NCBI GenBank assembly: GCA_028534125.1
Contig: CM052817.1
Location: 38,566,001-38,630,000 of the forward strand
Length of the DNA: 64,000 bases
Origin: Lama glama
Lineage: Eukaryota
Direction of reading: 5' to 3'
In this document: piece after piece, positions 54,120 to 64,000 of the stretch
Numbering within the stretch: position 1 is the first letter of the stretch
Layout: each line of letters starts with the position of its first letter
Notes under the pieces: model-generated
What the model saw: only the letters and a program-made list of their open reading frames with translations
The model's database searches: none
Told to the model about the DNA's origin: nothing
Translations under genes and position numbers: made by a program

Positions 54120-54182
54120 TCCCTCCCTCTCTCTCTCTCTCCCTCTGTCCCTCTGTCTCTAGGTCTCTCTCTCTCTCTCTTC
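54120..54182. repeat. Interrupted (CT)n simple repeat
   Basis: Read directly from the sequence. Confidence 0.85.
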
Positions 54183-56640
54183 CCCAACCTCACTCCCTGA
54201 ATCCTTTGACTTTTGAAATTCAGACTCAGCCTATTAAATTACACAGTATTTTTGACAGTTAATTTTACCCTTTTTGACCTAAAAATAATTATAGAATGAG
54301 GGTTGCTCTAGATAAAAAAAAATAATTCACACTTCTTTTAGTCAACTCAAACTTTCTTAAATTCTGTTTTTTCCTTGGTGTATTGCAAATAATTGTTCTC
54401 ATTTTTGTAAACAACAGGAAAACCCAGTTTATTTTACTTTGTTCCTTCGCTTTATTTCTGAGAAACATCAATGTTGAACAGTAGATCTGGAAATAAAGCT
54501 TAAATTATATTTAATGTGGCACAGTTAAAAGTTTCACTGGGCTTCAGTTTCTTACTTATAAGATTAACCGTTTCAACTCTGAAGTTTTTGAACTTGAGAC
54601 TGAGCCAGGGGATCTTGATTTTATTCAGAGTGCCACCAAATAGACATTAAATGACCTCTAATAAGCCATTGCCATTTTTTCGCTAACATTTTTTTGAGTG
54701 AAATAAATCTAGTCTATATACTACTATATTTAACTTATAAAAACATTGCCAAGATATCGTTTTAAAAGTCTGAACTCTCTATAAAGAAATATAAGGAACT
54801 GAAAATCAAGAGAGCTTTCCAACTTTAATAAGAAATAAAATTCATTAATAGTGAAGTGTTAAAAAGTTCTTTCTATTATAATCCTGATCATTATGATGAG
54901 CAAGGCAAAAATTGTTACCATTACAGTTTCCTTTTATGTGGTCATGTTACTCTTCAAAACGTAAAGAAGCTTTACCTTTTATTACTTACTTAGGTGAAAA
55001 CACAAAAACAATACACCAAGCTACAAATCCCCAACCACCCCAAGAAAAACACAAAACAAATGCTTCAGTACCTCCTTTGAATGTATTTGTAAGAACAGAA
55101 AAAGTCTCTAATTAGAACTTTCTAAAAGCATTTTTCCCCAATTAGATTGCAGTAATGACTCTAAATGGCACTGTCTTGAGGACAGCTCATCAGTTAATTA
55201 TAAGGAGTTCTCCAAATTGAGGAGTGAAGAATGATACTAAATTTTAATCAGTGCAGATAAATATGGCTTGTCATTACTCACTTGATATTTTAGACAGTCC
55301 ATCTAAAGAGGAAGAGGTGTAGCAGAAATATTATTGTCTTTTCTAAAAGAACAGAGATTATGAGCATAAAACTGAACATTTACCCAAGACTATATTCTTG
55401 CCTGGAGTATGGTTTTTATAGTCATTCAATTCCCATGATCCCCAGAGACTGTCATTTGCTTGCCCATTTATTTTCCATCTGGCTCTGTCAAACAAGGGAA
55501 AACAATATGGCATTTCTATTGTTGTACCTAATAGCTTAGGAAAATGCATACATGTTTTTAAAACAGTAGCTATGCAATTTTAAAATATGTTGATTGAGGC
55601 TTCAATTCCTTTTAATTTTTGTGTTCCAGAATAATTTAGCATACTGTATTCTAGTAATAAGTATCTTAAAATTCTATAATTCATTTATATTTGTCTCTGC
55701 GATAATTCTATCTGTTCGTTTAAATTAATTCATATTTAGTCTTAAATGCAAATGTAAAGAAAATAATTGTTTAAATAACAAATTGTCGATACATATAATT
55801 TATCCTAACAATTATCCAAAATTGCTATTTTCTATTATTTTTAATTTTCTTCTTACTTTTCGATATTTTTCGTGATCCTTTTATCTCCATCTTCCTCAAT
55901 TTAAAGTTGTGCCTTGCTTGTTCATGTTCATAGAATTTTCAATTGTATTAAAAACAAATATGGGTTTTTTTGTTTATTGTCACAGATATCCTCTTGATTG
56001 TTATTCTCCACAATCGCCTTATTCATGAATTGTAAGCTGGGGACTGGGCCCTGCTTAGAAATAGCCCTTCATGTTTTCTCCTCTATTCCCAGAGGAGCTT
56101 GCTGCACATGCCTCGATCCCTTCCCATCTGGCCTCTGCACAAAGGGTTTACCCGACTTTAACACAAGTCTTTGTTTTATAGAAGACCCTGAGTTTATCTG
56201 AGAGTGAATACATATGAAACAATAATCATGTTGCAGGAGAACCTGATCTGACCTTTTTTTTTTAATTCCCGAACCCTATGAGGACAGAGAAACTACACTT
56301 AGCCAGCAACAAAGACTAAAGAAGGTAAGGGCTGTAATGATGACAAATTTCAAACAGGGCTGCAAAAAAGTAAATGTGAAGGATCTGATTTTTCTGGGTG
56401 CTGTACATTATTACCGTGCTTATGTTTATATGACTTCAGTAAAAAAGGAAAAAGCTTGCTACATTTTTATCACTTTTTTATCAATATTTTATCTTTTTGT
56501 CAAAATTTATTTTGTATCACTGAAAAAACCTTTGTGAGATTTTTAGTTGATAAGATGTTAACAAGAAACGGCCACATTTGCATTCTGATCTGTCTGTGAA
56601 CTTTATTGCAGTATATTTTCTTCAACAGAAAAATGTTTAT

Positions 56641-56887
56641 GGGGGTGGGAAGGGATAAACTGGGAGTTCGAGATTTGTAGATGTTAACTACTATAGATAA
56701 AATAGATAAACAAGTATATACTGCATAACACAGGGAACTATATTCAATATCTTGCAGTAACTTATGGTGAAAAAGAATATGAAAATGAATATATGTATGT
56801 TCATGTATGACTGAAGCATTATGCTGTACACCAGAAAGTGACACAATGTAAACCGATTATACTTCAATAAAAATACATACAAAAAAG
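56641..56887 (+). mobile_element. Short young L1 3'UTR insertion with TSD
   Basis: GGGTGGGAAGGGATAAACTGGGAG...ATACTTCAATAAAAA, the same family as the 37-kb copy. TSD GAAAAATGTTTAT (56628-56640) / GAAAAACATTTAT (56888-56900). Confidence 0.9.
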
Positions 56888-58529
56888 GAAAAACATTTAT
56901 AATTAAAGTGTTAATGAATAAAAAATGTAGAACTCTTCTTTCTTCAGTGTAGATAACATCAGAATGATAAGTTTCCTGAAACTTCATATTTAACTGAAAA
57001 CCCTCCTTTAAAAACGTATGCTGTCCTCTGTTTAAAAGAAGTCAACTGATTTTCTTACTCTCTATTCATGGTATCCGATTTTATTTTTTCTGCAAGTATT
57101 CAGTTGTATAAGGAAATACTTAAGAATCAGTAATTTTGTGGTAAGTTTGTCTTGTAATAGACTGGAGAAACACAAAATCTAATAAATAATAAACACCAAA
57201 AGGCCAAAAAGAAAACACACACACAGCCCCCTCACACTATATAGGTGCTTTGTTTTCAATAGTTTATTCTAAAATATATTACACAAAGCTGTCTCATTTT
57301 ATTTGGGTTTAGAAGAGTTTTAGATGCTGATACAAGCTGTTGATTTCAAATAGAAAAATTAGTGGTACTGAAAGATGGCAACTAAAATCTAGAACCTAAC
57401 TAGGTACAGGTTACTTTGTGAGGCTCAAAGGAAAAGATTAGAACCGCACCTCTCTGCTCCCAGAAGCACAAATATTTTTTATTAAAATATATTTTTAGGG
57501 TTGTTTTGACATTCTTTTCAAACAGCCTTGAAATGCTTGCATTTTTATAACAACTTAATTCTACATCTGAACTTTAAAAAAGTCACTTTGAAGTAGAATA
57601 TAAAACATTTTAAAACACTTCTCCCCACACTTAGCCTACTGAAGGGACTAACCTTTGAACACATGTAGTCGTTTTACTCTGAAAGGGTAAGGTGCTTTTT
57701 CTCTTTTTTTTTTTTTTTGAGAGGCACTGTTCCAAAGCAGAAACTGTGACACCGCCCCCCCCAAGTGCTCACATATAATATTCCCTGTATTTGTCAGCAG
57801 TGCTGAATATTTAAGTAATCCGTGAGTGACTCCTTATAAAAGGGTCCAATTTGCCAAAGGCTAAGTGGCTAAAAAGAAGCAAACAGCAAGTCCAGCTTGT
57901 TTCATCTTTATGAGAGGAAATTCTGTAGATTGCCGTGTTAGGAAAAACAAGTTTGTCATGACAATATTACCACTTCCCCACTCTGAGCCTGTTTAAGGGA
58001 GTCCACTCGTAATTGCTGACTCAGTTTGCCTCCAGAACTAATGTATGCCCCAAACAGTCCACTGGGTTGATTAGAAACAAACAACAGAGGGGCAAACTGA
58101 CAATCACTTAGCAGTTTTAGGTTTACCAAAGCGTGCTAATTGGTTTGTTAAGATTGCAAGGGTGTAAACAGTGCCCTTTACAGGAATGGAAAAAAAACCC
58201 CCCACAAAAACCAAAAAAGCAAAACCCTTAAATGTTAAGGCGACCGGTTCAAGGTCACGGAGGGAAGGCAACTGAGACTGGGCTCTTCAACTCCTCGCTC
58301 CTTTATTGGACCCGAGTCAAACGCGACACCATCCAGGAGTTTCAAAGCTGCGTAGTAAAACAGCTAGCGTGGGCAGTCCTTTTGTACTCCAGCTAGAGTA
58401 AAATTAACGCAGCCTCCCGTTCTTCCATCGCTGCCTGACAGCATCCAGCAAATAGGTGTAGGGTTTAGGAGAGCAGAACCCAGCTGTCCTTTCTCAGCTG
58501 AGTCTTTAGAGAAATTGGAGCCAGGAGGG

Positions 58530-59900
58530 TGAGAGGGGCAGGGGCTGGGAGAGGGAAAAGGAAACAGCTGAGAGCAGGACCAGACGGAAGGAAGGAAGCG
58601 GGGGTGTGTGCCTCTGGGAGGGAAGAGGGGGAGAAGGACAAGAGTGAAAAGGGGGCCGAACTCAGGCTAAGAGAATCGAGCGCCCGTTGCCTGCAAAAGG
58701 GGGCGAAGGCGGCCAGTAAGAGTGAGGGGAAAGCGGGAAGCAGAAGGAAGGGAAGGAAGTAAGGAAAGAGGAAGGAAAGGCAGGAGGGTTAAGAGGAAGA
58801 GCGGCTGCAATTTCTGCGGCCGGCTCAGTAGGAGGAGCAGGAGGGGAAAGAGGAGGATCCAGAGTCAGTCAGTCAGGCAGCCAGCGGGAGGTGGAGAAAG
58901 CAGGAGGAGGAGGAGGATTAAAGATGGCCACCAACAGCTGCGGGAGACGGCAACAGCCCCTCACTTCCCGGGATGGTCCCTGCGGGGCGGCCCGGTCTTG
59001 ATGGAGAGGAGAAGCCCGAGAAGCGCCGAGGCTGAGGCGGCGGCGGCGGCGGGGACCCAGCGAGGAGGAGGACGCGGGGGAGCAGGGAGCCGGCCAGGAG
59101 AAGGGAGAGGCGGCGGCGTCGCTGCCCCGGCCGCCTAGCGCCGCTGCCCGCCCCCGCCGACCGGTTCCCGCACCTCGCGGCCGCAGCATCGATCCCGGCC
59201 CGAAGCCCCGTCCCCCGCAGCGGGGCTCCAGGGCCCCGCCGCGGACGCCGCCCCTTCCCCGTCGCCGGCCCGCCGCGGTCCCCGCTCCGGGCCGGGCCCG
59301 CCCGCGCCCACCCGCCCTCCGGTGAGTACCCCCTGCCCGCCGCCCCCCGCCCCGGCCCCGCGCCCGGCGCGCCTCGGCCGCTTTGTTCGTGCGGGCCGGA
59401 GGCGCTGCCCACTCGCGGCCCTGCGCCCGCCGCCCCTGGGGACAGGCCGCGGCCCAGCTGCCGTCCTCCCCCGGGACCGCGCTGCCCCGGAGCCGCCGCC
59501 GCCTCCAGGGCTGGCGGCCTGGCCTGTGTCCACCCTCGCGGCCTGGAGAGGGCGCCGTCGCGGTCCGCTCGGGGTCGGGGTCGGGGTCACGGGCCGTCGG
59601 CGATGCGGAGCGATGCTGGGGTGCTTCGGGGGATGGGGGAAGAGAGGGCTGGACATTACCTCCAGTGAGCGGTGGGGGCGTAACCTGGCGGTCCAGGAAT
59701 CCAGGTCCGGTCGGGGCCTCTCTGCCAGACCCGGCGGGGTCTCGGCTTCCGGACCCCCCCGCCCCCGGGCACAGCCGAGCGAGGCCTCCATCCCTCGGGC
59801 GCTGTCTCCAGGGCTGCGGGCCTCTCTCCTGGCTTATTCCCGAGCCCTGCTCTACCCACCCCCTCCCCCCACGCCCTGTGCTGGAAACCTTCGTTTATGG
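58530..59900. promoter_or_regulatory. CpG-island promoter with purine-rich upstream tract
   Basis: Very dense CpG and GC at ~58650-59900; GA-rich 58530-58920 with repeated GGAAG (ETS-like); YY1-like AAGATGGC at 58921. Confidence 0.95.
58860..59321 (+). other. WDFY3: Non-coding first exon (5'UTR), probably WDFY3/ALFY; start approximate
   Basis: Canonical donor CCG|GTGAGT at 59321/59322. GGATTAAAGATGGCCACCAACAGCTGCGGG...CCTCGCGGCCGCAG matches my recollection of the human WDFY3 leader, and the gene-free upstream region fits. No coding exon is in the window to confirm it. Confidence 0.62.
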
Positions 59901-61179
59901 AAGCAACCGGAGATGCTCCTGGGGAGTGTTGGCCCTTTTATTCTCTTGGACGGGGGATGCTGTGGCATCGCAAACATTCACAGTTAGTGGGGTTTAAAGA
60001 GCAGATATGACCTTTCCGACCGGCAGACCTGGCTAGTGTTTGATCCTCAGGTGCAGCGTTTCATTGATTTTTACCATTGAATTCTGAGATCTGCAATATT
60101 TGGTCTTCCCTTAACTGAAATAATCTGATAAAACCGATCGAAAAGATGTTTACTATATATGTGAACCCTTGCCTCGACTCCAGTGCCTTAAAAATGGTTG
60201 TTTCCTGTGGGAAAATGGTGTTAATGCGTACGAAAAACTATTTTTTGTTCCGTGATGGGCATGAGTTGGTTATTGCCAAGTGATTATTGTAGTCTGAAAA
60301 CCAAACAACTAAAAAAGGAAAGCAGAACCTTTTGCTTTGAGATAGCAACATATTTCCAGGTAGGAATTATTTGATAGCAGATTTAGGACGGTTTTCACCA
60401 TCGGGCTGTGTTATAAATAAACAACATAAACATAACTAAAAATATGTTTATTAAGAAAAAACTAGATGCGGTCTAGCAAAATAAAAATCTCGCATAAAAA
60501 GAAAAACTTTAAGCATAGGAATTAGTTGGTATGTTTCTTTTTAATTTAAAAATGCATATTGCATTAGACTGACTTGAAAACTCTCCTGCACGTTAGAGCA
60601 TCAGTAATGCATAACTTTGAACCATTCATTCTTGGGCTGGTAGAAATACAGGTTTCTCCAACTAGTGTCTTTTTTTCTGAGTTGAAATCAATTCATGTAA
60701 AAAATGTTATGTTTCTAGTTTAAAATTTCTGCAAAAAGGAGATAATGAATTAGAAACATGATGTTTAAGTCTTACTTGCAAAACCTGTTTTTTAAAAAAG
60801 AGTAAATGACAGTGTAATATTTTGGTTGGATTCTCTACTTTGAAGATTCTTAAATTCCACTTCTCGACTTCGCAATTTTAAGAGTTTACATCAGGTGGTT
60901 TTAATTTCATTCATGTGCTTCAGAGGGTCCTTGAATCCTTGAAAATCATATGCAGAATGTAGCATATATTTGCATTTTTTTCTGGGTGAAGAATCTATGC
61001 AGTCATCACATTCTCAAAAGATCTGGCTAAGCAAAAAATTATGAACTACTAGATATATAATTAAAGAATAAATCTCCTATATTTGGAAAATTAAAATTCT
61101 TAGGATTAGGTTTGATTAATTTATATCTCCACTTCCAATCATGTCTAAGAAATGTTTGTTATTAAAGCTTTAGCACATT

Positions 61180-61357
61180 GAAATCATTTCTCATGCATTG
61201 TTATTGAAATCTCAGGAAAATGTTAATCCCATTTTACAGATAGGGCAGTAAATATTTTGAGATGCTTGTTCAAAGTCACATAGCTGCTGATGGGCCAGCA
61301 TTTGAGCCCAGACTGTCTGAAGCCAGAGCCAGCACTCTTAACAACAAGACTGCACTG
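61180..61357 (-). mobile_element. MIR SINE
   Basis: CCCATTTTACAGAT...AAGTCACATAGCT...TTTGAGCCCAGACTGTCTG...CTCTTAAC. Confidence 0.8.
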
Positions 61358-61489
61358 GGCTCCAAGTCAATTTGCTTGATGTTAAAATGAGTAATTGATG
61401 TTTCCTTACAATTGAAAAGTGGACCTGACATTATCATAACAAAAGATATCATGGTATTTTAGAGCCAGACTCCAGAGTAGGAAGAGACC

Positions 61490-61700
61490 TTCATGATACT
61501 AACCTCTCTTAATGATACTAGTCTGAAATGACACTCAAATGACATTTCTACAGCATCCTCTGTCCCTCTGTTTTTTATACCTCCTGTGATTACAAGTTCA
61601 CTTTTTTGACATTTTTTTAATCTTCTTCTATTTATGTGAGTTAAAATCTGCCTTCCTGATATTTCCACTGATAAGTTCCAGTTTCTCCTTTTGTAGGTAT
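61490..61700. mobile_element. Possible L3/CR1 fragment
   Basis: GAGTTAAAATCTGCCTTCCTG...TTTCCAC resembles L3; highly decayed. Confidence 0.4.
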
Positions 61701-61749
61701 GATGCATTTGTCATCCATAAAAGAATCAAGAAATAAGTGACTCCTCTAA

Positions 61750-62660
61750 TTTTTTTGTAGCCAGGTTTATTGAAGTATAGTTTACATGTGGTAAAAGTTT
61801 TGAAAAATGTATACAGTTGGCTAATCACCACCACAGTCAAGATAGAAAACATTTGTGTCTCTAAAAATTTCTCTCATGCCCCTTTGTAGTCAGTCTGTTC
61901 CATCTACTTCCAGCCCCTGGCAACTGTTAGTCTAATTAATGTCCCTGTCATTTTGTCTTTCTAGAATATCACATAAATGAAATCATACAGTATGTAGTCT
62001 TTGGTGTCTTCTTTCATTTATAATACTTTTGATATTCATTAAGTTGTTGCATGTTTTAGTAGTTTGTTCTGTGGTATGCTGATAAACATTGTAACAACCT
62101 GCTCTCCAAAAAAAAAAATCCCTGGTTGTAGCATCTGCTAATTATTGCAGTGTAAATACTTTTATCATGGCCCATATTAAGCTACCTAAAGCAGCTTGCA
62201 AAAGTCCTGAACAGTGGGCTCTCACAAAGCTGTACCAGCCAGCCCTAGCACGCCCCTGAATTTGTTCCTTTGTATTGTTGAGTAGCATTCTGTTATATTG
62301 AGGTATGGCAAATTTGTTCATCCGTTCATGAATTGGACATTTGAATTGTTCCCAGTTTTGGACAATTATGAATAAAATTGCTATAACCAGTTGTACAGGT
62401 CTATGTGCAGAACAAATGTTTTCAGTTTTCTTGAGTTGTACCTAGGACTGGGATTACTGGGTTTTATGAAAAGTGTATATTTATCAATATCAGTAACTTT
62501 TTATTGAAGTGCCAAACTGTTTATTTACAAAATGATCATACCATTTTGCGTTCTTATCTGCAGCAATGTAAGAGAATTTTAGTTGCTCTGCATCCTTGTT
62601 GACACTTAGTATTGTCAGTTATTAAGATTTTAGCTATTATATGTGTAGTGGTCTCCTTTA
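61750..62660 (-). mobile_element. L1MB-like 3' end interrupted by a DNA transposon
   Basis: TTTATTGAAGTATAGTTTACAT...CCAGCCCCTGGCAAC...TGGACATTTGAATTGTTCCCAGTTTT. Confidence 0.85.
62069..62258. mobile_element. MER63-like hAT element nested in L1
   Basis: Termini CTGTGGTATGCTG / CTAGCACGCCCCTG; 8-bp TSD AGTTTGTT (62061-62068) / AATTTGTT (62259-62266). Confidence 0.75.
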
Positions 62661-62904
62661 ATGTTTTTGACTTCTTATTTTCAGTAGTACTTGAACTAAT
62701 GTGACCTAATGTATGAAGTTTATGATAGACATAGATAAGTAATTTTTTTTTGGCTTGGTCATCAGTTATGATCTCACTATGAAGGTGCTAACAGTTAAAG
62801 GATGTTTCTTTGAATTTCTTACTGTGCAGTTGACTTTTATGTTGTTGGAATTCCTTTTTTAAAGAAATCATCATTAGAGAATTCTCGTACTTAGCTTTTA
62901 ACAT

Positions 62905-63051
62905 GTTTTAAAAATATTAATTTAATCATTTATTTTATCTTGGTGGGGGCAGGTAGGTAGTTTTATGTATTTTTAGAGGAGCTACTGGACATTGACCCAG
63001 GACCTCAAGCATGCTAAGCATGCGCTCTACCACTTAAGCTATACCTTCCCC
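62905..63051 (-). mobile_element. tRNA-Ala-derived SINE (camelid vic-1-like)
   Basis: Minus strand GGGGAAGGTATAGCTTAAGTGGTAGAGCGCATGCTTAGCATGCTTGAGGTCCTGGG followed by an A-rich tail. TSD AGCTTTTAACAT (62893-62904) / AACTTTTAACAT (63052-63063). Confidence 0.85.
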
Positions 63052-63324
63052 AACTTTTAACATTTTTAAAAATGCAGCTTTGAAAAAGAAAGCTACATAA
63101 AGCTTTGTTTCTTTAAGAAAAATTTAGAATTAAAAAATTCCCAATTTATAGTACATGCCTTCAATTTTTACTTTGACTTAAAGGGGGGAAAAATAGATAA
63201 TTCAATCATGTAGTCTTTGAAGTCATCCCAGATCTTGTAAGGAGCATTGATTCATCCATAAATGATTGTAGCATTGCTTTTCAATATTTAGAAAGCTGAT
63301 TTTCATGTATTATAATGTATGTTT

Positions 63325-64000
63325 CTCTCAGTTAGGGTGACGTTTGAGCAGAGACCTGAAGCATTTATGGAGTGAGAGTTTTAGATCAGAGAGAGGAGCA
63401 GGTGCTGAGGCCCCGAAGTAGGAGGGTGCTCGAAATGTTCAGAGAACAGCAAGAGGTTGGCTGGAGGGAGGTGAGAGCGAGGTCAGGGTGGTGGAGGCGC
63501 CTCAGACCGCGTAGGCCAACGTCAGGACTTTGACTTCTGATCTCAGTGAATTTGAGCCTAGACTGTGTCCTCTGCGTGGACAGACATGTACTCCCGTCTC
63601 CTTGAAGTTTCTCAGGTAGACCACCGTCTCCTGTCTGTAAACCTTTCCTCCTACCAGAAATAGCATTTGCTTGCCCCTCCCGTGTGTTCTCTTACCACCC
63701 TGTCGTACCTCTGCTAAACAGATGCTTTGTTTATTTGTCTCCTCCTCCTAGATGGAGGTCCTTGATAGATTTTTCTTTTAAAAGAATTCCTTTGAATTCC
63801 TTTTTCATTGAATAAATGTTAAATTATGGCTTTGCTGAAAATGAGGTTAATCACTGAAAACTGGGTAGGAGAGACCGAACAGTATTGCTCGTGTGGATGT
63901 GGATTCTGTCTGTTTTGCTGACCACTGTACATCTACTGCTGGGGCAATGAGCTGTGCATAATAGGTGCTCAGTAAATGCTTGGTGAATGATTGAGTGCAT
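63325..64000. mobile_element. L2 fragments in both orientations
   Basis: GGTGACGTTTGAGCAGAGACCTGAAG (antisense) and the 3' end ATAGGTGCTCAGTAAATGCTTGGTGAATGA (sense). Confidence 0.65.

Noticed and set aside
58529..59997. Long overlapping ORFs (up to 221 aa) on both strands
   Set aside because: Gly/Pro/Arg/Ala-rich, mostly non-ATG starts, some crossing or lying beyond the splice donor; expected from stop-codon scarcity in a CpG island.
62975..63051. Possible tRNA-Ala gene
   Set aside because: Degenerate T-arm/B-box and acceptor stem, with an A-rich tail and TSD; it is a SINE.
1..64000. CRISPR arrays, operons or other prokaryotic systems
   Set aside because: No regularly spaced repeats or dense coding; the sequence is clearly mammalian.

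Overview
Mammalian genomic DNA, most likely a camelid: the only lineage-specific SINE is a tRNA-Ala-derived vic-1-like element, the young L1 3' ends are cetartiodactyl-type, and I saw no Alu, Bov or PRE SINEs. About 58 kb is AT-rich, repeat-laden non-coding DNA (L1, L2, MIR, MaLR/ERVL/ERV1 LTRs, hAT transposons) with two fixed 500-N scaffold gaps. Near the right end is a CpG-island promoter and a + strand non-coding first exon ending at a CCG|GTGAGT donor (59321/59322). From memory it matches WDFY3 (ALFY) exon 1; the rest of the window is then intron 1. No protein-coding exon is supported, and most track ORFs are retroelement remnants, GC-rich noise or N-gap artefacts. I found no convincing novel biological system. 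The best leads are a three-frame uORF cluster with a TGATG stop-start overlap in exon 1, a short locally templated insertion inside a MIR, a CpG-rich solo LTR with a perfect TSD, an intact two-LTR MaLR provirus and a strong CTCF motif. Repeat subfamily names and the gene call come from recall, not from a search.
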